Origin: Pseudomonadales bacterium
GTDB taxonomy: Bacteria; Pseudomonadota; Gammaproteobacteria; Pseudomonadales; UBA7434
Reading direction: 5' to 3'
Assembly: GCA_965659815.1 (NCBI GenBank)
Contig: CBFHXO010000006.1
Location: 1 to 56,954, forward strand
DNA: 56,954 nt
Shown piece by piece: positions 10,320 through 19,663 of this stretch. The notes under the pieces are model-generated. The model was not told where the DNA came from, made no database searches, and worked only from the letters and a program-made list of their open reading frames with translations. Within the stretch, counting starts at the first letter, position 1. Every line of letters begins with the position of its first letter. Position numbers and translations under genes: made by a program.

Positions 10320-10934
10320 ATGTTTATAGTTGGGCTTACCGGTGGCATCGGCAGCGGAAAATCAGCAGCAGCAGCGATATTTTCCGACCTGGGTGTAACC
10401 GTGGTCAATGCCGATATTGTCGCGCGTGAAATTGTCGAGCCTGGCTCCGATGCCCTCGCTCAAATCGCCAACCATTTTGGTCAGGATATCTTACTACCGG
10501 ATGGTGGCCTTAACCGCGCCCTGTTGCGTCATAAAGTATTTGCAGACCCAAGCGAGCGGGCCTGGCTGGAGCAACTCACCCACCCTTTAATTGGTATGCG
10601 CATTGCCGAGCAGCTGGACGGTGACCCGCTCGAGGGCGAGCCGCCGTACCGAATTCTCGAATCGCCGCTACTTCTTGAAACAGCACAACGCGAGCTTACC
10701 CAACGAATTTTACTTATTGACGTCAGTGAACAAGTGCAAATTGAAAGAACCATGCAACGGGACAATAATAATGCTGAGCAGGTTAAGGCAATTATCGCCG
10801 CCCAATTGCCCCGCGATAAAAAGCTTAAACTGGCCGACGATATTATCGAAAATAACGGCACGCTGAATGAATTGCAACAAGCGGTTGAACAACAACATAA
10901 ACACTACCTGGCCCTAGTGCAGCGGAGTATATGA
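10320..10934 (+). CDS. coaE: Dephospho-CoA kinase
   Basis: IVGLTGGIGSGKS P-loop, HPLI, PLLLE, ADDIIENNG. Confidence 0.97.
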   Translation: MFIVGLTGGIGSGKSAAAAIFSDLGVTVVNADIVAREIVEPGSDALAQIANHFGQDILLPDGGLNRALLRHKVFADPSERAWLEQLTHPLIGMRIAEQLDGDPLEGEPPYRILESPLLLETAQRELTQRILLIDVSEQVQIERTMQRDNNNAEQVKAIIAAQLPRDKKLKLADDIIENNGTLNELQQAVEQQHKHYLALVQRSI

Positions 10935-11155
10935 TGCAGCAAAAAGTCATTGGTAAAGTAACACAAAAAGCAACACGCGTTGATTGTCCAGCCTGCCAAA
11001 CAATCATTGAGTGGAGTGAGCAATATCCCGACCGTCCGTTTTGCTCCAAGCGTTGCAAAGACCGCGACTTTATCGATTGGGCAAATGAAGAACAACGCAT
11101 TGCTGGCAGCGGCAGCTATGACGATATATTTAGTGATAGCGATATCAACCCGTAG
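10931..11155 (+). CDS. yacG: DNA gyrase inhibitor YacG
   Basis: CPAC-x15-RPFCSKRC Zn finger, D..DWA.E..RI; overlaps the coaE stop. Confidence 0.93.
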   Translation: MMQQKVIGKVTQKATRVDCPACQTIIEWSEQYPDRPFCSKRCKDRDFIDWANEEQRIAGSGSYDDIFSDSDINP

Positions 11156-11316
11156 TAAATGTCTGCCAGTCTAAATTGCAAAAAGACAACCACCTCCCTT
11201 TCTCTTGCTATCTGTTTACTAAGCATTAACTGTGTATTAACTATATAGTATTAACCTAGCGTTAAAAAAGCAGGGAGCACAGAAATCCTATTTTTTAAAA
11301 ATGTTGCCCACACCTC

Positions 11317-11345
11317 TTTACTGTTTATTTATACAGGCATATACT
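11317..11345 (+). promoter_or_regulatory. Sigma70 promoter with a LexA (SOS) box in the spacer
   Basis: CTG-TTTATTTATA-CAG at 11321-11336 (CTG-N10-CAG, preceded by TA). -35 TTTACT at 11317-11322, 17-bp spacer, -10 TATACT at 11340-11345. Confidence 0.85.
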
Positions 11346-11493
11346 TTTACCGATGGTATTTCTCAGGACGCCACTTTTGCAGCAAATACTTGTCGCGCAT
11401 AAGCACCCTCAACTGTCGCGTTAAGTACTGCTATAAATACGCTTGCCGTAAATACCGCCACCCACTTTACTTTACGAAAATCAGGAATTCGTT

Positions 11494-11994
11494 ATGACTA
11501 CGCTCGCATTAAAACCTCAAGCCGAAACAGTAAACCCTGAAAGTGACACCGTTAATACTGCTTGTTTTTATAATACAAATAGGCTCTCTATAAATCGCCT
11601 TTATTCAGATAGTCTTTACCCAAACAGCCTCTACCGAGACAATGCAAGCAACAGCCTAGTCAGCACTGCCAAGGCTGGCTCAGACTATCGCTACCCGGTA
11701 TTGCAACCCAACATCAATCGTTACCGCGTTGCCGAGCCCGACCGGCCCTACCAAGACTTTCAACAACTTAAGTTTACCGCAGTAACCACCGTAGCCCGCG
11801 AACATGCCAAACATATATCAGCCAGTGTTAAACAAAGTAGCAGTAAACCCTGCTTGCAATTAAGCGGTAATTGGTTAGAAAAGGCCGGATTTATTGAGGA
11901 TGCACGCTGCCTGGTTGAAGTGTATAAGGGAATGCTGTTACACTGGATGAATAACCGGATAAGCGATACTGAATATACCACGCTGGGCGAGTAA
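11494..11994 (+). CDS. symE: SymE-family (AbrB-fold) type I toxin-like protein with a long N-terminal extension
   Basis: C-terminal KPCLQLSGNWLEKAGF...CLVEVYKGMLL fits the SymE pattern P.L.L.G.WLE.AGF....V.V..G.L. AGGA RBS 7 nt before ATG; LexA box upstream as for E. coli symE. Confidence 0.8.
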   Translation: MTTLALKPQAETVNPESDTVNTACFYNTNRLSINRLYSDSLYPNSLYRDNASNSLVSTAKAGSDYRYPVLQPNINRYRVAEPDRPYQDFQQLKFTAVTTVAREHAKHISASVKQSSSKPCLQLSGNWLEKAGFIEDARCLVEVYKGMLLHWMNNRISDTEYTTLGE

Positions 11995-12016
11995 CGCCCG
12001 CTAGAGCTTTTATCTA

Positions 12017-12421
12017 TTACGCATTTGCGGTATCAGTTTTTTGTTCAAGCCATTGAACAATGGTTTTGTTCGCTTTGGGAAATTGATGTGCGCTCAGCTC
12101 ATTGATGGACAGCCATTTAATGACCTGCCCTTCTCTACCGATGGGCGTACCCGAAAATGCATTGACAGCCCAGACATCAAGCAGCACTTTTTTATCGCCA
12201 TAATCGTGCGGAATTTGCATGACTGGGCTCGCTGCACTTATATGAATATCAAGCTCTTCGCGTAACTCACGCGCCAGTGCAATATCAACAGACTCGTGCG
12301 TCTCAACTTTGCCGCCAGGAAACTCCCAAAGCCCACCTTGATGGGCATCATCGGCGCGCTTGGCAACCAGCACTTTGCCGTTCGAATGAAATACCAAACC
12401 CACAGCAACATGAACCATCAT
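12017..12421 (-). CDS. mutT: 8-oxo-dGTP diphosphatase (Nudix), stand-alone form
   Basis: VHVAVG...HQGGLWEFPGGKVE..E....ALARELREEL Nudix box, FPKAN; follows argJ. Start placed at ATG 12421. Confidence 0.93.
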   Translation of the reverse strand: MMVHVAVGLVFHSNGKVLVAKRADDAHQGGLWEFPGGKVETHESVDIALARELREELDIHISAASPVMQIPHDYGDKKVLLDVWAVNAFSGTPIGREGQVIKWLSINELSAHQFPKANKTIVQWLEQKTDTANA

Positions 12422-12449
12422 TTGACCCACTGACTTCACAATGGTGCGA

Positions 12450-13724
12450 CTAACTACGGTAGTCGGCATTAATTCTTACATAGTCCAGCGATAAATCACT
12501 GGTCCAAACCCGCTGCTGATGATCACCACGATTCAGTTTTATCGTCACGCTGATATCGCCTTGCCCCATAATCTCCATCGCACGCGACTCTTGGTAGCCT
12601 ACAGCAACACCACCGTGCTCACAGATCAGCAGTTCATCCAAATATATTTCAACACGTTCAACATCCAAATCGCTTACATCGGCGCGACCAATCGCGGCAA
12701 GAATTCTGCCCCAGTTGGCATCACTGGCAAAAAACGCGGTCTTAACCAGCGGTGACTCCGCAACCGTATAGGCAACGCTTAGACACTCTTCATCATTACT
12801 ACCACCAACAACATCAATGGTGATAAATTTGCTCGCCCCTTCGGCGTCGCGAATAATAGCAGTTGCAAGCTCAGCCAATAAGTCGTTTAAAGCCAATTGA
12901 AAGCTGGCCCAGTTTTGATTTTCCAAACCATCAGTAGCAGACGATACTGACACCCCCGACTGTCCGGTCGCCGCTAGCACACAGGCATCATTGGTAGACG
13001 TATCACCGTCGACAGTAATGCGATTAAACGACTGATTCACTGCCACCGCCAGCAAAGCGTCGAGATCGGCCTGGCTTACATCGGCATCGGTTGCAATATA
13101 GGCCAGCATGGTCGCCATATTGGGTCGAATCATGCCTGCACCCTTGCAAATACCACTTAGCGTAACGCGTTGCCCATTCAGTGTCAGTGTACGCGAAGCA
13201 GTCTTGGCAACCGTGTCTGTTGTCATAATTGCCTGCGCTGCAACACCCCAGTTATTGGCATCAAGACTGTCACACAATGTCGATGCCGACTGGGCTATTT
13301 TTTCGGCGGGAAGTAACTCGCCAATCACACCAGTAGAAAAAGGCAATACCTGATCGGCCGCCAAAGAAAGCGCGGTGGCAATCGCCCGGCAGCTTTGCAA
13401 AGCGGCGTCATGCCCCGCCAGACCGGTACCGGCGTTAGCATTGCCAGAGTTGATCAGGCAGATAACCTTATTGTCAGAGTTTGATTGAGCAATCGTCTGC
13501 AGGCGCTCGCGCGCAATTTTTACCGGTGCAGCAGAAAAGGCATTGCGGGTAAATACCGCCGATACAGTGCTGTTTTCTGCTAACTCCATTAACGCCAGAT
13601 CATAAAGCGGCGCTTTCGTATCGGCACCGGCAAACGCCGATTGTTTTATACCTGCATACGCCACACCCCAGCGCACCCCGGCAACGGCTTGCACTGGATT
13701 GATCGGCTGGGGCTTAGTCATCAA
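12450..13724 (-). CDS. argJ: Bifunctional glutamate N-acetyltransferase / amino-acid acetyltransferase
   Basis: NSGNANAGTG, STGVIG, IMTTDT, KGAGMI.PNMATML, DGDTSTND, NWGRI, INADYRS. Confidence 0.97.
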   Translation of the reverse strand: MMTKPQPINPVQAVAGVRWGVAYAGIKQSAFAGADTKAPLYDLALMELAENSTVSAVFTRNAFSAAPVKIARERLQTIAQSNSDNKVICLINSGNANAGTGLAGHDAALQSCRAIATALSLAADQVLPFSTGVIGELLPAEKIAQSASTLCDSLDANNWGVAAQAIMTTDTVAKTASRTLTLNGQRVTLSGICKGAGMIRPNMATMLAYIATDADVSQADLDALLAVAVNQSFNRITVDGDTSTNDACVLAATGQSGVSVSSATDGLENQNWASFQLALNDLLAELATAIIRDAEGASKFITIDVVGGSNDEECLSVAYTVAESPLVKTAFFASDANWGRILAAIGRADVSDLDVERVEIYLDELLICEHGGVAVGYQESRAMEIMGQGDISVTIKLNRGDHQQRVWTSDLSLDYVRINADYRS

Positions 13725-13786
13725 AATGCTCTTTGCTTGCTACGGGCAGCTATAAAAAATCAAATCTTGTAATCGCAATCGGTCTG

Positions 13787-16537
13787 CTAGGACAGCCGAC
13801 CATGACACTGCTTATACTTTTTGCCCGACCCACAGGGACAGGGTTCGTTGCGACCGACTTTGCGTCCTTCGCGAACCACCGGCTGGTCTGGCGCTGGCGC
13901 ACCTTCTGCCTGCTGATCGGCGCCCGCGTCGAGACCCATAGCGCCAGGATCATCGTGCTTGGCGGTAATGGTTTCACGCTCACGCTCTTCGCGACGTTGT
14001 TGCTCTATTCGTTCAGCGTCATCTTGCTGGACCTGCACCCGCGATAGAAACCGAATCAGCTCCAGCTTCATATTGCCCAGCATCGATTGAAACAACTGAA
14101 ACGCCTCCTGCTTATATTCCTGTTTGGGGTTGCGACCTGCATAGCCACGCAAGCCAATACCCTGACGCAGATGATCCATCGTCGACAGATGCTCTTTCCA
14201 TAGCGAATCGAGAATCTGCAACATAATTTGTTTCTCTACCCGCCGCGCGGTATCACCAAAGACACGCGTTTTATCATCGTAATACTGGGTCATACTATCG
14301 ACAATTTTGCGGCGCAAGGTCTGCTCATGCAACTCGTCGTCTTCATCCAACCACTTGGCGATGGGTAGTTCAATACCAAACTCATCGAGCAGCGAAGATT
14401 CAAGCTCAGGAATATTCCACTGCTCTTCAATACTTTGCGGCGGAATATAAGCGTTGATATGCTCATTCACCACATCGTCACGAATGGCGAGAATCATATC
14501 GGAAATATCACTGGCCAGCAGAATATCGTTGCGTTGCTGGTAAACAATTTGTCGCTGGTCGTTGGCAACATCATCGTACTCTAACACTTGCTTGCGCATA
14601 TCAAAGTTGCGGCCCTCGACTTTGCGCTGCGCCTTCTCAATCGCGTTAGAGACCATTTTGTGCTCGATGGCTTCACCTTCATCCATGCCCAGGCGCTGCA
14701 TAAAATTGCGCACCCCATCGGATGCAAACAGACGCATCAGGTTATCTTCCATAGAAAGATAAAAACGGGTTTCGCCAGGATCACCCTGCCTACCCGAACG
14801 GCCGCGCAGCTGGTTATCGATACGGCGCGACTCATGCCGTTCGGTGCCAAAAATATGCAAACCACCCGCTGCCATGACCTTTTCATGGCGCTGTTTCCAA
14901 TCTTTTTTATGCGCTTCAACTTCCGCTTCGGTGGGGTTGTCTAACGCCGCAAGCTCAGCTTCGAGATTACCACCAAGCACTATATCGGTACCACGACCAG
15001 CCATATTCGTCGCAATAGTCAAAGCGCCAGGTCGGCCAGCTTCAGCCACAATTTTTGCTTCGCTCTTATGGAACTTGGCATTTAAGACCTGGTGTTCAAT
15101 TTTTTCTTTTTTCAAAAACTTCGAAAGCTGCTCCGAAGTTTCAATCGATGCGGTACCCACTAACACAGGGGCATTTTTTTCAATCGCGGTTTTAATATCA
15201 CGCACCACAGCGTTGTACTTTTCGGCTACCGATAAATAAACCAGGTCGTTTAGGTCTTTGCGCACAGTAGGCTTGTTGGTGGGAATAACCGTGACATCCA
15301 AGCCATAAATCTGGTGGAACTCAGGTGCTTCGGTATCTGCAGTACCCGTCATGCCAGAGAGCTTTTCGTACAGGCGAAAAAAATTCTGAAAGGTGGTTGC
15401 GGCTAACGTTTGACTTTCAGCCTGGATTTGCACATTTTCTTTTGCTTCAATCGCCTGGTGCATTCCCTCTGATAAACGGCGCCCTGGCATGGTTCTACCA
15501 GTGTGTTCATCGATTAACACCACACTGCCATTCTGGACAATATATTCAACATTACGATTAAATAAATGCTGTGCTCGCAGTGCAGTGGTCACGTGGTGCA
15601 ACAAACCCAGGTTACTCGATGAGTAAAGACTGTCGCCTTCTTCAAGCAACTGCTCTTTAGCTAATAGCTCTTCGACATATTCATGGCCAATTTCGGTTAG
15701 CTCTACACTGCGATGTTTTTCATCAATAGTGAAATGACCCTCGGGGTCGAACTCACTTTCAACACCATTGGCAATATCGTCGGGGTCGGGCGCACGCTTT
15801 AATGCAGGCACCAAGGCCTTCATACGCTTGTACATTGACGAACTGTCTTCGGTTGCACCGGAAATAATCAGCGGCGTTCGGGCTTCATCAATCAGAATGG
15901 AGTCAACTTCATCGACAATAGCAAAGTGCGTGCCACGCGTGGCACGATCTTCTAATGCAAAGGCCGTATTGTCGCGTAAATAATCAAAACCAAATTCATT
16001 ATTGGTACCGTAGGTAATATCGGCGTTATAGGCCACTTTTTTATCTTCCGGCATTTGCCCCGACTGAATAATGCCCAGGCTTAAACCCAAAAACTCGTAA
16101 AGCGGTCGCATCCAGTTAGCATCGCGCTCGGCCAGATAGTCGTTAACGGTAACAATATGCACACCCTTGCCGGTTAATGCATTCAAGTATGCCGGCAGTG
16201 TTGCCACCAGCGTTTTACCTTCACCGGTACGCATTTCAGCAATGCGGCCTTCGTGCAAGGTAATACCACCGATTAACTGCACATCAAAATGACGCATGCC
16301 CAGACTACGAACACCCGCCTCGCGCACAGCAGCAAAGGCATCGGGTAGCAATTGGTCGAGTGCCTTGCCATCGGCAAGCTGCTGCTTGAACTCGTTGGTT
16401 TTGGCGCGCAACTCGGCATCGCTAAGCGCTTGATAGCTCTCCTCCAACGCATTGATTTTGGCAACCACTTTGCCCATGCGTTTGAGTTCCCTGTCGTTAC
16501 GGGTACCAAAAACTTTTTTAAATAGTTTTGCAATCAT
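13787..16537 (-). CDS. secA: Preprotein translocase ATPase SecA
   Basis: [41 protein letters not shown]-terminal [19 protein letters not shown]. Confidence 0.99.
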   Translation of the reverse strand: MIAKLFKKVFGTRNDRELKRMGKVVAKINALEESYQALSDAELRAKTNEFKQQLADGKALDQLLPDAFAAVREAGVRSLGMRHFDVQLIGGITLHEGRIAEMRTGEGKTLVATLPAYLNALTGKGVHIVTVNDYLAERDANWMRPLYEFLGLSLGIIQSGQMPEDKKVAYNADITYGTNNEFGFDYLRDNTAFALEDRATRGTHFAIVDEVDSILIDEARTPLIISGATEDSSSMYKRMKALVPALKRAPDPDDIANGVESEFDPEGHFTIDEKHRSVELTEIGHEYVEELLAKEQLLEEGDSLYSSSNLGLLHHVTTALRAQHLFNRNVEYIVQNGSVVLIDEHTGRTMPGRRLSEGMHQAIEAKENVQIQAESQTLAATTFQNFFRLYEKLSGMTGTADTEAPEFHQIYGLDVTVIPTNKPTVRKDLNDLVYLSVAEKYNAVVRDIKTAIEKNAPVLVGTASIETSEQLSKFLKKEKIEHQVLNAKFHKSEAKIVAEAGRPGALTIATNMAGRGTDIVLGGNLEAELAALDNPTEAEVEAHKKDWKQRHEKVMAAGGLHIFGTERHESRRIDNQLRGRSGRQGDPGETRFYLSMEDNLMRLFASDGVRNFMQRLGMDEGEAIEHKMVSNAIEKAQRKVEGRNFDMRKQVLEYDDVANDQRQIVYQQRNDILLASDISDMILAIRDDVVNEHINAYIPPQSIEEQWNIPELESSLLDEFGIELPIAKWLDEDDELHEQTLRRKIVDSMTQYYDDKTRVFGDTARRVEKQIMLQILDSLWKEHLSTMDHLRQGIGLRGYAGRNPKQEYKQEAFQLFQSMLGNMKLELIRFLSRVQVQQDDAERIEQQRREERERETITAKHDDPGAMGLDAGADQQAEGAPAPDQPVVREGRKVGRNEPCPCGSGKKYKQCHGRLS

Positions 16538-16896
16538 ATTCGCTTGCTATGTCTCAATTCGAATGTTAACGAGGCGTTTATCGCTTGCCGTAAAGGTTGT
16601 TGTCAAAATAATGTCTATCGACCCGTTTTCAAGGACTGTGCATGCGCCTTGAGCTATTTCAGAACCATTTCGAAGAGCCTTAGGGGTCGAACGCGACAAG
16701 CCAGAAAGGATACCAGAATAGCGCCCACTAATCCCAATAATCCTGACGCGTTAGCCAGCAAAACCGCGAGTTTACGCAGTTTTTCCACCAGTGATGGCGT
16801 TTTGCCATAATTGTGCTCGAGGTCGAATCAGGGACCGATTCAAGGACAGCTCGGCCCCAAGCCCAGCGGGCAAAGCACCAGAGTAACTAAGAGTAA

Positions 16897-17877
16897 TTAA
16901 AGACTGTTGCGGTAAATATAACGCTCAGGATTCATCGGCTTGCCATGACGCAGCACTTCGAAATGCACATGCGGGCCAGTGGAGCGGCCAGTACTACCCA
17001 TTTTCGCAATCACCTGCCCCTTATTAACCACATCGCCAACCGCAACCAGGTGCGATGCGTTATGGGCATAGCGGGTAACAAAGCCATTGCCATGGTTGAT
17101 TTCGAGCGTTTCACCATAACCGGATTTTTTCGTCGATAGCGTCACTACACCACTGGCCACCGCTATGACATCCGCCCCCTCTTTTCCAGCAAAGTCGACA
17201 CCGGCATGCCAGGCCTCACCGCCATTAAAGGGGTCGGTGCGCTTACCAAATGCCGAGGACATCCAGCCTTTAGCCACCGGTCGCCCAGCGATAAACGACT
17301 GCAAACGCGACTCGCGTGCATTGAGCTGCTTGTCTAGCAGTGCCAGTTGCTGTTCACGGTTATCGATATGTTCAACCAGCTGGTCAAGCATTTGCTGCAA
17401 GGTGCGTTGTTGCACAGCCGTGTCGGCCGGCTGCATAACGGCAACTTCAGGGTTAGATGCTGTGCTGCTTGTCGTGCTGGATTGGACTGCGGGGCCACCC
17501 AATGCCGGCTTGCGAGTAAAATCAAACTCGCCATTGTCGAGCTGGGCGACTTGCGCAACCTGCTCGCCCAGTGCATCGAGCCGCATTATTCTCGCCTGTA
17601 ATTCGGCCACCTTAACAGTAATTGCCGTTAACTCATCACCTACCTGGTTATGCATCTGCTCAACGCTTTCGCTTTGGCGTGCCAGCTCTTGCTGCCATTG
17701 GGTGATTATTAACCGCTCGTTAGCTTGCTGGCTCTGATTTTGATACAGCCAAAGGCTAATTACACCAAGCAAAAATGGCAGCAAGGTCAAACCCATTACC
17801 AATAGGATATCGCGCTGGCGCCCAGTATCGAGCGTCAGCGATTGACCGCCGGTGCGGGGCAATAAAATTAACTTCAT
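16897..17877 (-). CDS. M23 family metallopeptidase with N-terminal TM segment and coiled coil
   Basis: H.GVDF, YAH, GSTGRSTGPHVHFEV; usual position upstream of secA. Confidence 0.93.
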   Translation of the reverse strand: MKLILLPRTGGQSLTLDTGRQRDILLVMGLTLLPFLLGVISLWLYQNQSQQANERLIITQWQQELARQSESVEQMHNQVGDELTAITVKVAELQARIMRLDALGEQVAQVAQLDNGEFDFTRKPALGGPAVQSSTTSSTASNPEVAVMQPADTAVQQRTLQQMLDQLVEHIDNREQQLALLDKQLNARESRLQSFIAGRPVAKGWMSSAFGKRTDPFNGGEAWHAGVDFAGKEGADVIAVASGVVTLSTKKSGYGETLEINHGNGFVTRYAHNASHLVAVGDVVNKGQVIAKMGSTGRSTGPHVHFEVLRHGKPMNPERYIYRNSL

Positions 17878-18293
17878 GCAAATAGTCCAAAAACCCTGTT
17901 ACAACCGAATACCGGTAGACTTCGCTGTCAATCGTGCTGAGGTACCCAATTCTTGGCGACATTCTACGGTTTTTGTTAATTAAGTCATTATTATTTTAGT
18001 GAAGATTTAACAAGTCTCACCTTGCGAAGCCCGTGAATTCTGCTTCGCTGTGATACTCGTGTCACATTTGCCAGCAAGGACGTCAATATCGGATGAAAAA
18101 ACAGCTCTCCCGGGCGAGACCGGGCAAACAATGTTGACCTTAGGTACGAGGCAGAAGCGGTTTTATAGCGTAGAAAGAGTGCTGTCGGGGGGTAAGGCCC
18201 ACTTAGGCCTCTACAACGTGGCAGCACCGCAAAGACCTGCGACCGAGGCAATAGGACTGGGCCGCTTATTGCGCGGCAGGTTTCGCAATAAAA

Positions 18294-19205
18294 CTATACG
18301 GCCAATTGCGGCGAAGCAAAAGAGATCGGTGCGGTTTCTGCATCGTCAAAGGTGACAACCTCCCAGGCATCGGGTTGGGCAATCAATTCACGCAACAGCT
18401 TGTTATTGAGCGCGTGGCCCGATTTGTGCGCGCGAAACTCACCGATCAAGCTATTGCCAAGCAGGTATAAGTCCCCTATGGCATCGAGCACCTTGTGGCG
18501 AACAAATTCATCTTCGTAACGTAAACCATCTTCGTTAAGAATGCGGTAATCATCGACAACAATGGCGTTATCAACACTGCCACCTTGCGCCAAACCCTTG
18601 GAGCGCAGGTATTCCATTTCGTGCATAAAGCCAAAGGTACGTGCGCGGCTAACTTCGCGAACAAATGAAGTTGAGCAAAAATCCACTTCAGCACAGGCTG
18701 GGCGACCGCGAAATACCGGGTGGTCGAAGTCAATTGTAAAGCTAACTTTAAAGCCGTTGCGCGGCAAAAAACTGGCAAACTTATCGTCATCTTGCACTTT
18801 CACTTCGCGCTTAATGCGAATAAATTTCTTTGCCGCCGACTGCTCTTCGATGCCTGCCGACTGCAATAAAAATACAAACGGGCCAGCGCTGCCATCCATA
18901 ATAGGCACTTCGGATGCATTCATTTCTACATAGGAGTTGTCGATGCCAAGCCCCGCCATTGCCGACAACAAGTGCTCGACGGTAGAGATGCGAACATCGC
19001 CTTTGGATAACGTGGTAGAAAGTGTGGTGTCGCCAACGTTATTGGCGTGGGCGGGAATTTCAACAACCGGATCGAGATCAACACGACGAAAAACAATGCC
19101 AGTATCAACAGGTGCGGGGCGTAAGGTTAAGTAAACTTTTTTGCCCGTATGCAAGCCAACGCCTGTTGCACGAATACTGTTTCTTAATGTTCTCTGTCTA
19201 ATCAT
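18294..19205 (-). CDS. lpxC: UDP-3-O-acyl-N-acetylglucosamine deacetylase
   Basis: [43 protein letters not shown]. Confidence 0.99.
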   Translation of the reverse strand: MIRQRTLRNSIRATGVGLHTGKKVYLTLRPAPVDTGIVFRRVDLDPVVEIPAHANNVGDTTLSTTLSKGDVRISTVEHLLSAMAGLGIDNSYVEMNASEVPIMDGSAGPFVFLLQSAGIEEQSAAKKFIRIKREVKVQDDDKFASFLPRNGFKVSFTIDFDHPVFRGRPACAEVDFCSTSFVREVSRARTFGFMHEMEYLRSKGLAQGGSVDNAIVVDDYRILNEDGLRYEDEFVRHKVLDAIGDLYLLGNSLIGEFRAHKSGHALNNKLLRELIAQPDAWEVVTFDDAETAPISFASPQLAV

Positions 19206-19506
19206 GGCTCACCTGATTTCGCTAATGTCGTTCGCTGCCGCCAGTAAGATTGCCGCACAGATGCAGAGTTCATCGCCTGCACCGCGACTGGCCATATTCA
19301 CAGTTCGGGTACAAATCTGGCTTTACGGTCACTCTGGCTAATCTGCGGCACTCTGCCGATAGTCACTTACTTTGAATGGCGCACAATATACAGAGGATGC
19401 CGTTCAGTTTGGAGATCGATTTACCCGACATATGACCGGCTTGTGACAGCAATTGTCCAAAAATGAACCCACTTCTCATAAACTTTCCGACAAATTACCA
19501 GAAAGC

Positions 19507-19549
19507 CCCCAAATAGTGCATCCATCTATTTGGGGCGCGGATCTTAGCA
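19507..19549 (-). promoter_or_regulatory. Extended -10 (TGCTAAGAT) followed by a 10-bp hairpin: lpxC promoter and/or ftsZ terminator
   Basis: Minus strand TG-C-TAAGAT at 19549-19541, GC-rich discriminator, then CCCCAAATAG-N9-CTATTTGGGG (19535-19507) and only a short CTTTC tail. Confidence 0.5.
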
Positions 19550-19663
19550 GAACTTATTCACGGTGACCATAACGACTAAATGTAGCTATCTAAACAGTCA
19601 CAGAGATAGTCTTCGCTAACATCCGCACCCCAATCCTTACATTAACTTGAGCCTAGTGCAGGA

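Noticed and set aside
11229-11250. Second LexA-like sequence ACTGTGTATTAACTATATAGT
   Set aside because: No CAG at the CTG-N10 position; at best a half site.
16544-16810. 88-aa plus-strand ORF upstream of secA
   Set aside because: No RBS or motif, and it is antisense to the secA leader; not DciA-like.
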